Positions 11,364-24,511 of a stretch of 64,000 nt of DNA are shown piece by piece. The stretch spans positions 44,466,464-44,530,463 of the forward strand of contig NC_043011.1 in the NCBI RefSeq assembly GCF_006345805.1, given 5' to 3'. Source of the stretch: Octopus sinensis. Taxonomy: Eukaryota. A program made the translations under genes and the position numbers. Position 1 is the first letter of the stretch. Each line of letters starts with the position of its first letter. The notes under the pieces were generated by a model that saw only the letters and a list, made by a program, of their open reading frames with translations, did not search any database and was not told the origin of the DNA.

Positions 11364-13640
11364 TATATAGGTAAACAGTAAAAATAATTACAGACATGGA
11401 CAAGAACCATGAAACACCACAGAGACGACACAAGAACCACAGGACGGGACATTCGAAGCCCTCAGTCATCAGTCAAGAACCAGATCATCTTAGCAATTTC
11501 GGCTGATTAATCTTGAGATTGCTCCGATATGGCCAGCCAAGCCAAGGGAAATCTAAGCCAAGCGCATAGATCCCCTGGAAGAAAGCTTCGAATGTATACA
11601 ACGCGAGGACGGAAAACGAACGAAGTATATAAACAAAAATACAGAATACGTGACACCAATAAGAATACAAAAACGTAAAAACAATAACGGTAAAAATAAA
11701 AAATAAAAACAAAAACAAAACCAGGACGTGGACAAGGGTCTTTCGACAGACGAGGTGCGTATGGGGCTGGCTTGTGAAGTTGTGCCTAATGGCCACGGGG
11801 GGAGACGAACAATACGTGTTGCTTCTGCGGCTGCTGAAAACGAAAAGAGCGCTCAACGGCGGCTAGCTGTCACGTGAGAACAGAAGACCAGGAGAAAGGG
11901 ACAGATGAAAAGAGAGAGAAGGTGGACGAGGGAGGAGAAGAAAGAGACAGATCGAGGGGGCTGGAGGTGAGAGAGATAGAGAAACGTAGAAGGGGGGGGG
12001 GAAACGGATGGGAGAGGAACGAAAGGAAGGGGAATTAAGGGGGATAGGAGAGCAGAGAGAGAGAGAAAAAGAGACAGATTAAGAGTCGATCAATGCTAGA
12101 GAAAAATATACTTATCGTTATAAGGTCAATGTGGATACGTAGCCGCCGATTATATAGGTAAACAGTAAAAATAATTACAGCATGGACAAGAACATGAAAC
12201 ACCACAGAGACGACACAAGAACCACAGGACGGGCATTCGGAAGCCTCAGTCATCAGTCAAGAACCAGATCATCTTAGCAATTCGGCTGATTAATCTTGAG
12301 ATTGCTCCGATATGGCCAGCCAGCCAAGGGAAATCTAAGCCAAGCGCAGTTAGAACCCTGGAAGAAAGCTTCGAAGGTATACAACGCGAGGACGGAAAAC
12401 GAACGAAGTATATAAACACAAATACAGAATACGTGACACCAATAAGAATACAAAAACGTAAAACATCACGGTAAAAAAATAAAAATAAAAAACAAAACAA
12501 AACCAGGACGTGGACAAGGGTCTTTCGACAGGACGAGTTGAGTATGGGGCTGGCTTGTGAAGTTGTGCCTAATGGCCACGGGAGACGAACAAATACGTGT
12601 TGCTTCTGCGGCTGCTGAAAACGAAAAGAGCGCTCACGGCGGCTAGCTGTCACGTGAGAACAGAAGACAGGAGAAAGGGACAGATGAAAAGAGAGAGAAG
12701 GTGGACGAGGGAGGAGAAGAAAGAGACAGATCGAGGGGGCTGGAGGTGAGAGAGATAGAGAAACGTAGAAGGGGGGGGGGAAACGGATGGAGAGGGAAAG
12801 AAAGGAAGGGGAATAAGGGAGGAGAGAGAGAGAGAAAAAGAGACAGATTAAGAGTCGTATCAATGCTAGAGAAAAAATATACTTATCGTATAAGGTCAAT
12901 GTGGATACGTAGCCGCCGATTATATAGGTAAACAGTAAAAATAATTACAGACATGGACAAGAACATGAAACACCACAGAGACGACACAAGAACCACAGGA
13001 CGGGACATTCGAAGCCCTCAGTCATCAGTCAAGAACAGATCATCTTAGCAATTCGGCTGATTATCTTGAGATTGCTCCGATATGGCCAGCCAGCCAAGGA
13101 AATCTAAGCCAGCGCATTAGATCCCCTGGAAGAAAGCTTCGAATGTATACAACGCGAGGACGGAAAACGAACGAAGTATATAAACAAAAATACAGAATAC
13201 GTGACACCAATAAGAATACAAAAACGTAAAAACAATAACGGTAAAAATAAAAAAAAACAACAACACAAAACCAGGACGTGGACAAGGGTCTTTCGACAGG
13301 ACGAGTTGAGTATGGGGCTGGCTTGTGAAGTTGTGCCTAATGGCCACGGGAGACGAACAAATACGTGTTGCTTCTGCGGCTGCTGAAAACGAAGAGCGCT
13401 CAACGGCGGCTAGCTGTCACGTGAGAACAGAAGACAGGAGAAAGGGACAGATAAAAGAGAGAGAAGGTGGACGAGGGAGGAGAAGAAAGAGCTGATCGAG
13501 GGGGCTGGAGGTGAGAGAGATAGAGAACGTAGAAGGGGGGGGAACGGCTGGAGCGGGAAAGAAAGGAAGGGGAATAAGGGAGGAGAGAGAGAGAGAAAAA
13601 GAGACAGATTAAGAGTCGTATCAATGCTAGAGAAAAAATA
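11364..13640. repeat. Head-to-tail tandem array, ~2.9 copies of a ~780-bp unit
   Basis: Unit start tatataggtaaacagtaaaaataattacag at 11364, 12151 and 12921. Confidence 0.97.
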
Positions 13641-13778
13641 CATGCACACATGCATACAGACATGCATGCATATATACATACATACATATGTGTATGTGTG
13701 TGTGTGTGTTTGTGTTTGTGTGTGTGTGCATGTATATATATATGTGTTTGTGTATGTATGTATATATGTGTGTATGTA

Positions 13779-14016
13779 TTGGGTCATCCCATAAATAAAG
13801 CGGTTTTTTTATACTTCTTTTATTTTTCAGAATTAAAATAGCTTTGAAAAAATAACTGTTAAAATCGAACTGCACTCTTCAAAACGTGCACTAAGAATAA
13901 GTACAAAGTAACATTACTACCTGTTTTATTGCAAGTTCATGCATATAGTTTATCCCGTCCCCCTTCCGACATTTAGCTCATGCAATAGAAAAAAACGCAT
14001 TATTTATGGGATGACT

Positions 14017-14019
<3 letters not shown>
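13779..14019. mobile_element. Mariner-type MITE (241 bp)
   Basis: TIRs ttgggtcatcccataaataaagcgg and cgcattatttatgggatgactcaa, TA dinucleotide on both sides. Confidence 0.88.
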
Positions 14020-14059
<40 letters not shown>

Positions 14060-14272
14060 TGTATAAACATATATGTATATCTTTGTCATATATTTTTTAT
14101 TGGACTACAGCCATGCTGAGGCATCACCTTGAAGTATTCAGTCGAACAAGTCTGTCAGATGGATATTGTACCTGTAATTCAAAAGTTACATTTGCCTCAC
14201 ACACTGCCTTACGTTGATCATATCTGAGAATTACGTTCAGGACACATGTCTGCGGAAGATTCCGTCTTTTAT

Positions 14273-14372
14273 AAGCTGATTCAATGGGCGGATAATTGAA
14301 TTTGATCGAACAATTAAATCCTCAACGTTGAAACCTATGGAGACTCATCCTTATTAAAATGACTTTCCAGCT

Positions 14373-14378
<6 letters not shown>
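14273..14378. repeat. ~100-bp repeat, second copy at 16921-17022
   Basis: gctgattcaatgggcggataatt...aaaatgactttccagc occurs twice. Confidence 0.85.
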
Positions 14379-14426
<48 letters not shown>

Positions 14427-14479
14427 TATACCTACAGAGATACATATACATATATATATAGTTTAAATTTACAGAAAAA

Positions 14480-14580
14480 CAAAGGTGAAGACAGGGTTAG
14501 GAACAAGTATGTATATTAGTTTGACGATCGGGAAAAATGAGAAAGTCATTAACGTTTCGAGCCTACGCTCTTCGACACAT
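14480..14580 (-). mobile_element. Truncated copy of the CUGUNGA hammerhead-like repeat family
   Basis: aacgtttcgagcctacgctcttcgac, shared with 34010-34170 and 44680-44860. Confidence 0.75.
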
Positions 14581-14645
14581 ACATACATACATACATATGT
14601 ATATATACCTACACACACATATATATATATAAATATACGTATAGA

Positions 14646-14677
<32 letters not shown>

Positions 14678-14680
<3 letters not shown>

Positions 14681-14860
14681 TTGACTACGGATGCTGGTGT
14701 ATTTACGTCCCCGTAACTTAGCAATTCGGCAAAAGAGACCGATATAATAAGTACTAGGCTTACAAAGAATAAGTCCTAGGGTCGATTTGCTCGACTACAG
14801 GCGATGCTCCAGCATAGCCGCAGTCAAAATGACTGAAACAAGTGAAAGAATAAAAGAATA
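14678..14860 (+). mobile_element. SINE-A 3' half
   Basis: gatgctggtg..tttacgtccccgtaacttagc...gcagtcaaaatgactgaaacaag. Confidence 0.88.
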
Positions 14861-14863
14861 GAA

Positions 14864-14898
<35 letters not shown>

Positions 14899-14984
14899 AG
14901 CTTAGAGATGAAGAAACGAAACAAAACGAAACGAATCGAATCGAATCGACGCGAGGGTGCTCAGTCATACAATAGTGTAATAAA

Positions 14985-15205
14985 TAAAATATATGCATAC
15001 ATACAAACATATATGTACGTACCTACATCTACATGTATATATACATGCATATATAAATATATTACGTGTGTACAGGACACCACAAATAGACGTAGAACTC
15101 AACGAGAAACGAAAAAGTAAAAACAGCATGGAACGGACCATTTTTTTAACAACGAAAAAACAGAGTACAAGACAACTACACAAGGAAAATCACCTTCATC
15201 AGCTG
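14985..15205. repeat. Dispersed repeat, inverted copy at 37665-37900
   Basis: acaggacaccacaaatagacgtagaactcaacgagaaacg...ccttcatcag matches the reverse complement of 37667-37800. Confidence 0.9.
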
Positions 15206-15499
15206 TCCCTAGTTCAACTCCAGCGTGTTTCGAAGGTGAGGACAGAACATGTCTCGTCGAACTAGTCCTTCCTGCGAAAGAATTAAATAAAATTCCTTTG
15301 CAGAGGGGTAAAAACAAGGAAAAAAATGTGACAAAAACAGGACGTAAAAACAATACAATTAAAAACAAATACAAAATAAAAATACAATTACAAAAAATAC
15401 AGTACAAGAAGGAATAGAAACAGGACAGGAAAACAAATAATGAGGGCCTATAAGCCTAGACGAGGAAAAAAAAATTATATATATATAAATGTATGTATG

Positions 15500-15557
<58 letters not shown>

Positions 15558-15651
15558 CAGCTGGCCACAATGTGATACCATAAAGGAAAAATTCAATCGT
15601 TACTAAGTTTGAATAAGAGTGCCTACGCACCTACATTGCTGGAAATAAAAG

Positions 15652-15691
<40 letters not shown>

Positions 15692-15737
15692 CATTTAAAC
15701 AATCATACATATACACACATATATACATACATATATG

Positions 15738-15963
<226 letters not shown>

Positions 15964-16714
15964 ATGTACATATGTGTATATAAAGAGAAAGGGTGGAAAA
16001 GAGAGAGAGAGAAAGAAAGAGACGTGTGTTTAAGTGATCCAATGAATGTAAGTGATTAAGTCAGGTGACCATGAGCCAGTAGTATATACACTGTATCGCT
16101 AGAAATTATCTGGTTATATACCCCAAGTGGTTGCTTATATAAATATAGTCATGTCAGGGAGATTAACTTTCGAGGGACGATAAAGGCGCCATTTGCAAGA
16201 TAATATATATTTATGGGATAATTAACTTAATTGAAGTTGAAATGGCAGCATAAACACTCTCCTTAGGAAACAGCCGTGTGAGTAGAAATATATACAGCTT
16301 CCTGTATATATATTTCTACACACACGTATGTGTATTTGGCATATATATATATATGCACACACTCGTAAATTGTCTCCTACAAACACGTTTACTAACGAAA
16401 CATCTATATCTATTACATGGATTTGAATATAACCAGATATATACCGAGATATGGAGACACACGCACCGAATTATATAATTATATACACATAAATATATAC
16501 ACTCACGCCGACACAGGTACACACGCGCAGGCACATAGGCACGTACTAACTCACTTATATTCACAAATCACTGGTTGTCTCGACTCACTCAAAAACAGCT
16601 TTGTTACTTTCATAGTGGGTGCTTAGACTTCTGCGAAGCATTTCAATAAATCTCAATAAAAATATAATACATACACGCACCACTATACACATACATCTAC
16701 ACACATACACACAC

Positions 16715-16784
<70 letters not shown>

Positions 16785-16790
16785 ATATAT

Positions 16791-16918
16791 ATACTCTTTT
16801 ACTCTTTTACTTGTTTCAGTCATTTGACTGTGGCCATGCTGGAGCACCGCCTTTAGTCGAGTAAATCGACCCCAGTAGTTATTCCTTGTAAGCCTAGTTC
16901 TTATTCTATCGGTCTCTT
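16791..16918 (-). mobile_element. SINE-A 3' tail
   Basis: ttacttgtttcagtcatttgactgtggccatgctggagcaccgcc. Confidence 0.88.
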
Positions 16919-17031
16919 ATATGCTGATTCAATGGGCGGATAATTAAATTTGATCGAACAAATAGATCCGCAACGTTGAAACCTATAGAGACTCATCCTG
17001 ATTAAAATGACTTTCCAGCATATATATATAT

Positions 17032-17079
<48 letters not shown>

Positions 17080-17699
17080 GATATATATAAATACATACAT
17101 ACATATACATACATACATACATACATACATATACATACATACATACATACATACATACATACATACATAAATACATACGACAGCACAGTCAGCGCTACGG
17201 CGATCAGAGCTCGCTCTGAGCGCCATTGGGGTGAATGTTACGACTACGACAACACAGTCAGTGCTACGGCGTCACTATTACTGACGGCTACGACAGCACA
17301 GTCAGCGCTACGGCGTCACTATTACTGACAGCTCGGCAATAGCGTTTTAGGCAACGAAAATCCTACATTGGGAGTGGTAACGACTAGGGTAGGGTAACTG
17401 ACTGCTTATTGTGATCATTCGTCTTTTGGTTTCCTGTAGCTTTGCTCTCTTTTACAAACCCAGTGAACATATATTTCCTATTTCAAAGAAATTCAAACAA
17501 TAGATATAAGACCCAAGTTAAAAAGATTCTCAACAATTCAACTTCCCTGGTTGACATTAAGATGACCACCCCCAACAGGGGCCTTAACTCTCACATTTTA
17601 GAGCTCCATGACCTTCGTTTTTCAGGAGCAAAATCTTTTTAACAGGTTCAATAAGACTGGAATTTTGGAATATGCGCATAAAAATCAGTAGTATGGGAT

Positions 17700-17869
17700 A
17701 TATGTGGCACGATTACAATTTTTGGGGGGTGTATAAAGAGGGAAATAACCCTCATCTGCAATTTTGATGAAATTCGAAACAGATATTCCAGTTCATTAGA
17801 GAAAATATAACAGAAAAATCTAATTCTTCAATTGTATGTAACACGGGCAACGCCGGGTATCTCTGCTAG
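17700..17869 (+). mobile_element. Helitron-type 3' end (non-autonomous)
   Basis: GC hairpin cgggcaacgccggg followed by ctgCTAG|T. Left boundary approximate. Confidence 0.65.
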
Positions 17870-17934
17870 TATACATATATAAAAGTGTGTGTGTGTGTGT
17901 GTATGTATATATATATATATACATATATAAACTT

Positions 17935-17970
<36 letters not shown>

Positions 17971-18036
17971 GCAAACAGGTAGACAGGCAGGCAGGCAGGC
18001 AGGCAGGCGTGCAGACAGACAGACAGACAGACAGAC

Positions 18037-18110
<74 letters not shown>

Positions 18111-18474
18111 GATTTATATTCATTGCAACTTAAAGTAAACGACATCAAAGTAATAAGCTTCATCGATTAAACACTTATTTCTATCAGTTATCTCAACTGA
18201 AATACGAAAAGCAATCGTAAGAGATCAATAACAATATTTAATGTAGTCAATTGATGTATCGGTGTCACCAGTATCTAAGTACCGCATATGATGTCATCGA
18301 TTAGATTGATGCAGTAAGTGTTTATCTCAGAAAACTTTCTGTTGTTTTGGTTCAAAGTGTGGAGTGTGCGATGGATACCAACGAGAATGGCCTTCAGCAG
18401 GGCTGACCAGTTAAATAGATTAAGGGCTGGATAAAGAGATGAAGTAATAGCAGTCTTTGTACCCATGTGTGTGT

Positions 18475-18549
<75 letters not shown>

Positions 18550-18551
<2 letters not shown>

Positions 18552-18715
18552 TGTCTGTGTTTGTCCCCCCTACCACCATTGCTTGACAACCGATGTTGGT
18601 GTGTTTACGTCTTCGAAAATCAGCGGTTTGGCAGAAGTGATCGATAGAATAAGCACTGGGGGTTGATTTCTTCCTACTAAAGGGCGGTACTCCAGCATGG
18701 CCACAGACTGAAAGA
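18550..18715 (+). mobile_element. Degenerate SINE-A 3' half
   Basis: gtttgtcccccc...gcttgacaaccgatgttggtgtg...ggcggtactccagcatggccacagactgaaaga. Confidence 0.8.
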
Positions 18716-19216
18716 ATATATATATATATATATATATATATATCTTATCATATAAAATACCCTGTCTTTGTGTGTGTCCTCAATGCACGCTCAAACCTTT
18801 GGATCAATCTGTACAATACTTTAGATACATGAAGAATTTGACCTTGGAAAGATAATAGGGTCTTGATTTTTTTTGTTTGTTTCTTTTTTGTTTTTGTTTT
18901 TTTGAAAATAAATAATATTGCTCTATATATAAAGATTCACTTCTTCAAATCGATTTCTCAACTTGCTGTGTTTGAACTTCCTGATTTTTGGCATCCTAAC
19001 CAGCCGTTTACACACACTTATGTATACATCATTAAAGTTGAGACGATTTCTGATAAAAAAAAAAAAAGAATTTCCTAAGTTACTTTCATTTTTTATATTC
19101 TTCTCCGGCTTTCTATTTGTGAATGTGCGGTGAGAGAGAGAGAGAGAGAGAAAATACTTCATACGGAGATTTCATTTAATTGATCAATTGTCAACAGAGC
19201 ATAACTACAGATTTCT

Positions 19217-19454
19217 TATTTCTTATTTCTTTATTCCCCACAAGGGGCTAAACATAGAGGGGACAAACAAGGATAGGCAAAGGGATTAAGTCGATCACAT
19301 TGACCCCCAGTGTTTAACTGGTACTTAGTTTATCGACCCCGAAAGTATGAAAGGTAAAGTCGACCTCAGCGGAATTTGAACTCAGAACGTAACGGCAGAC
19401 GAAATACGGCTACGCATTTCGCCCGGCTTGCTAACGTTTCTGCCAGCTCGCCGC
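19217..19454 (-). mobile_element. Full-length SINE-B with 16-bp target-site duplication
   Basis: TSD ataactacagatttct at 19201-19216 and 19455-19470; tail (AGAAATA)n on the minus strand. Confidence 0.95.
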
Positions 19455-20258
19455 ATAACTACAGATTTCTACCCACCGACTTTGGATGATCATAACTTTC
19501 AGAAAAATGCATATTTTTTAATGACATTTTCTACGAATATGTGTTGAAACAGGTAGACCCGAATATATAAAATTTGGGTGGGAAAGTGTTTTAGGATGTT
19601 TGGGTGGGGGGATTTTCGGAAAAATCACGAGAGTCCACTTCAATTCTCTTAACTTTCAGGAAAATGGATATTTTTTAATGAAACTGTCTACAAATATACC
19701 TCGGACTATGTAGATTCCGAGCATATAGGAATTTGACGGGGAAACAATTGGAGGTTATTTTTCAGAACAGTTCCCCACACGGGGGGTGTTTCGAAACAAG
19801 TCGTCCATATTTGTTACAATTTTCTGTTTTGTGCGTTTGTGCATCCGTAGATTTCTACTGAACCAACAGGAAATGAAGGCAAATGAAGCCCTCACCAGAA
19901 AACTCAGTGTTAAAAATAACAGCTAAAAGTCTGGTACACAGATATATGTTATTGAGACGACTTATCTGTTGCATACATTTTTTTTTCACTTTAAGCAAAT
20001 TCCCAGGTAAACGGTTCTAAGAGAAAGGCAGAAGACACCAGAAGCAAAAATAAGGAATATACATGCACAGTTAAATATAGAAATGTAAAGTATAATTTGT
20101 CACTTAATCTCTATAATAAACATGATATTGAATGGAATAATTCCCCGCTTTAATATTTTTCCTTATATATATATATATATATATATATATCAAGTTAGAA
20201 AAAAATCAGATATTGTTGTATTTAGGAATGGTCATTTTGACAGTTTAGCCAATAAATA

Positions 20259-20472
20259 TAGAAAAAAAAAACCCACCTTTTATCAATTCAACAATGAAAT
20301 AATTAAATTATACCATATAGACAAAAATTAAATATAAGATAAAAACATATACTAATTATTTTGTACATTACTTAATCATTGGTATATGTTTCTATCTTAT
20401 ATATAACTTTTTTCTATATGGTATAATTTAATTATTTCATTGTTGAATTGATAAAAGATGGGTTTTTTTCTA
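20259..20472. repeat. AT-rich long inverted repeat (~92-bp arms, 29-nt spacer)
   Basis: 20259-20352 is the near-perfect reverse complement of 20382-20472; TA at both outer ends. Confidence 0.93.
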
Positions 20473-20585
20473 ATTTATATACATATATTACATTTTGTGA
20501 AATTTGATTTAGTATTACTAAATTGAATTTTCTCTTTAAGTTTGGAATAATATTCCCTAATATTATTATTGTTATTATTATTATA

Positions 20586-20650
<65 letters not shown>

Positions 20651-20883
20651 CAACAATGTAACTGCATACGTGGTGGTGATTTTTTTCCTTTTTTGATTTT
20701 TTTTCCCTTTTCCGATGAGGAGCTATGCTCGAAATGTCGAAAACTCTTTTTACTGAGCGTCAAACTAATACATTCCATGTGCACGTCTTCTTGGTAGCTA
20801 TTGCTGCTTCTAATGTTCGTTTATTCGATTTGACTCTCTGTGCGCGTGCGCGTGTATGTGAGTGTGTGTGTGTGTGTGTGTTG

Positions 20884-20914
<31 letters not shown>

Positions 20915-21327
20915 TGTGTATTCTACATTTGTGTATCTGCGTTTATAAATTATTGCATCAATGTGTCTGACAACGAATACTGATAAACTAAACCAGAAAG
21001 AGTTAAAGAGGAAGAGAGAGACCGATACACAGAAGCAGGTTTCACCAGCATCTTTAGATATCTAGATCTTACCATTCTATTCCTCAGCTCACAGGAAAAA
21101 ATAGTGTTTATCAATGTCCTATAAAGCATAACAAGTCTACAATAATTCTTTTTCTCATTTTTTTTCTTTTTTTCTCTCTTTCTACAAATAGAAACGATTT
21201 TTTTTCGTTTCTGTATTTTCTTTACATTATTTTATTTATTGTTGTTGATTTTTATTTATTTATTTGTTTATATATGTCTCTTTTTTTCTAAGATTCTGAG
21301 CAATTCCATTAATTTTTCCAAATTCTA

Positions 21328-21444
21328 ATGGCTGCTGCAGAGAATTCCGCAGAAACCAAAACAGTATCAAACCTAACCGATCGATATTCTCGAAGACTCG
21401 TTCAAACAGTCGAACAATATCATGATCTCGCTAAAAGCATGTGA
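21328..21444 (+). CDS. Candidate 38-aa small ORF or first coding exon (MAAAENSAETKTVSNLTDRYSRRLVQTVEQYHDLAKSM)
   Basis: Non-repetitive codon content, ATGG start, pyrimidine tract plus AG 35 nt upstream (21292). No homology recognised. Confidence 0.2.
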   Translation: MAAAENSAETKTVSNLTDRYSRRLVQTVEQYHDLAKSM

Positions 21445-21588
21445 CTTCCCTAAAAGCACTTGATCTATCCAAAAACAAGATATTTCTGTAAGAATATGTG
21501 ATCTCTCTAAACACACGTAACCTCTCTAAGATCACGTGGCCCCTCTAAAAACACGTGATTTCTCTAAGGGCACGTGATCTCTCTACAA
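21418..21588. repeat. Degenerate 9 x 19-bp minisatellite carrying E-boxes
   Basis: Consensus NCACGTGATCTCTCTAARR in exact 19-bp phase; perfect CACGTG at 21533, 21552 and 21571. Confidence 0.9.
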
Positions 21589-22609
21589 TGGTATTCCAAC
21601 AATAGAGCCCTGATGATAACAAAAGAAAAGAAAAATAGCAGCCAAATGTACATGTAATCAGATCTTCCTGTTTTCAAAAGAAAGAAGGATATAATAGTCA
21701 ATATAGTCATAGGTAACAGTAAAAACTGGAGGTGGTCGCGGCTGGAGCGCTATATATTACTGTTTCTGTTCTCTTGGAGCCGAGCTGGCGCTAAACAACA
21801 ACGATATCAATAGACGACGTTGACGACGAAGACGAAGACGAAGAAGAAGAAGAAGAAGAAGAAAAAGAAGAAGAAGAAGAAGAAGAAGAAGAAGAAGAAG
21901 GTTGATGATGATCATGATAAAGAAGAAGAGTGAGGAGGAGGAGGAGGAGGAGGAGGAGGAAGGGGAAAAAGAAGGGGAAGAGGGAGGGGAGGAGGAAAGC
22001 TAATCACCATTATTGTCATCATCATCATCATCATTTATAGAACAAAAACGGCGTCACTTGGCTTCTTTCCTTGTTCGTCTTGCCGCTATCGAAAAATATT
22101 GCTAACTCGGTGTAAAAGTAAAATTTTCACAACTATCGATGTGAAAGACAGTTTGCACAACACAAGCGCCACATACATGGTAGTTTGGTTAATTTAGTGT
22201 CAGTTTGGCAACTTTGAGAAATTATCTTCACACAAAATTAACAACAAACGCATGAAATAGTCTTTATAACCTGTCAGCGGAACAAGATTTCCTCTTTGGC
22301 TGTCGGCTGCCATATTTACTTAGTAGAGAGGAGTTTTGGCAAAGACTAATAATGGCTAACAGGAAAGAAACTCATTATGGTCAACCAGTTATTGATGTAT
22401 AATCAGGAGGACATAGCCTAGGAACCGTAATTATTATTCACACGCACACGCACACTTATACATACACATGGGTGTCGGTATATACGCATGTTTATGCATG
22501 TGTGTGTATGGCTTATAAACCCCTTCCACGCTGCAATCGTTTATATATATATAATATACACATCAGTGTCTATATTTATATCATACATATATCTGCGAAT
22601 ATACACACA

Positions 22610-23025
22610 CACACACACACATACATACATACATACATGCATACATACATGCATACATACATGCATACATACAGACATATATTATTATATACATACATAA
22701 TACATACATACATGCATGCATGTATATATTATATATGCTGACATATATAATACATACATACATGCATACATACACACACACATACATACAGAGATACATA
22801 CATACGTACATACATGCATACATACATGCATGCATATATACATACATGCATACATAGATACACACATACATACATGCACACATACATACATGCATACACA
22901 CATACACACACGCATACATACATACATACATACATACAGACAGACAGACATACATACATACATACATACATACATACATACATACATACATACATACATA
23001 CATACATACATACATGAAGGAAAGT
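22610..23025. repeat. (CATA)n microsatellite
   Basis: Direct reading. Confidence 0.95.
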
Positions 23026-23314
23026 AGTAGAAATGCAGGTGAACACAAGTAGACTTAAAGCATACATTTACATGGAATACAAAATACAGAGCGCGGAAAA
23101 AAAAGAAAACAGCAAACGAATGGCGTTACGTAATAGTCTTATTCTGACACCCGTTTCCAGTGCAGCAGTGCTTACGCCGTTGGTACGTTTATGCATAATA
23201 AAGACCCATGGTGTCATAAGCATATATATATCGTCACAAAAATTTCTATGAATCCGAGGATCATAAAGCTGAAGTTGTCTGTGTATGGCAGGTTTGGTAG
23301 CCTTCAACTAACAC

Positions 23315-23639
23315 TCTCCCCTCCGAGACCCTGCGACGCAAGTTGACCAAAATTGAGATTATGATAGAAGGCTTGCTCTTCCTTCCGTAGAAGAAAAAGT
23401 TCAAATCGGACCATGTTCACACCAAAAATTATTTACATCAAAAAGGTGCTTTTTTCTGTGAAAATCCCTATTTTTTACGATTTTTTGACTGCTGTGTCGT
23501 CATTTTTCGGTGTATTCCAACCAGAAAAATGTTCACTTAAAGAGAATAACAAGCTACATAATGCAAAATTTTTACTTTTCAAAAATTCCAATTCTAAAGG
23601 GTCGAAACAAACCCGAGCAACGCCGGGCGATACTGCTAG
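23315..23639 (+). mobile_element. Non-autonomous Helitron, 3' portion
   Basis: cccgagcaacgccggg hairpin plus cgatactgCTAG|T at 23636-23640. Left boundary approximate. Confidence 0.7.
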
Positions 23640-23640
23640 T

Positions 23641-23692
<52 letters not shown>

Positions 23693-24480
23693 TGTGCGTG
23701 CCCGGGTGCATGGTACAAACCTGTGTGTGATTGTGTGTTGTGTGTGGTGTTGTGTGTGTGTGTGTGTGTGCGTGTGTGTGTGTGTGCGTGTGTGTGTGTT
23801 CCACCACGCACGAAAATATAGGAAGCATTTACAAAAAATTACTGTTTATATTTCATTATAATGCTGGATCTTATTGATATCTTCAGGCATCGCTGCGTGG
23901 GTGACTATACGAGGGCGTGGGTATATATGTTTCTGGTTTACAAGAATTGATATCGTAAAGCAGAATGGTATAAACTTTATTACGATAAAATCCAAGACAA
24001 AAAAAATCAAGGGAATAATTCTCTTTACATAGGGATTATAGATAAAAGAAATAATCGATACCATTTACGTTATTTGTGATTTGATCCGAAATCCAAGAAC
24101 TCTTTGAGTATTGACTGCTTCTTTTTCTTTTACTTCTACGTACATTAGCACTTACGCATCCGATGTAGCATATGATATCATATGATATTTACACAAACAC
24201 ACACACACACACACAACACACACACACACACATACACACACACACACACACATACACACACACACACATATATATATACATACATACACATAAATACATA
24301 AAAACATGCATACAGATATGATGGACATTTGTGATTATAAATATATGTTAATTACCATCAGTGCTACAGTGTCACACTGTATAGATTCTTGTGCCAATGT
24401 ACTTATTGAATTGTTTTGATAAGTGGCAGGGGACCCCTGGCCCTTCACCCACTGTAGATCTAATCTATGTATACTTCATG

Positions 24481-24511
<31 letters not shown>

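Noticed and set aside
11450-11480. CUGAUGA...CGAAU as a hammerhead in the 780-bp unit (also 2510, 50750, 52575)
   Set aside because: It has GAAU instead of GAAA, and no pairing stem I, II or III can be drawn. Kept only as a remark in the tandem finding.
15185-15240. Permuted GAAA...CUGAUGA (minus strand; similar at 37555-37680)
   Set aside because: No NUH triplet or stem III, and the flanking complementarity sequesters the core.
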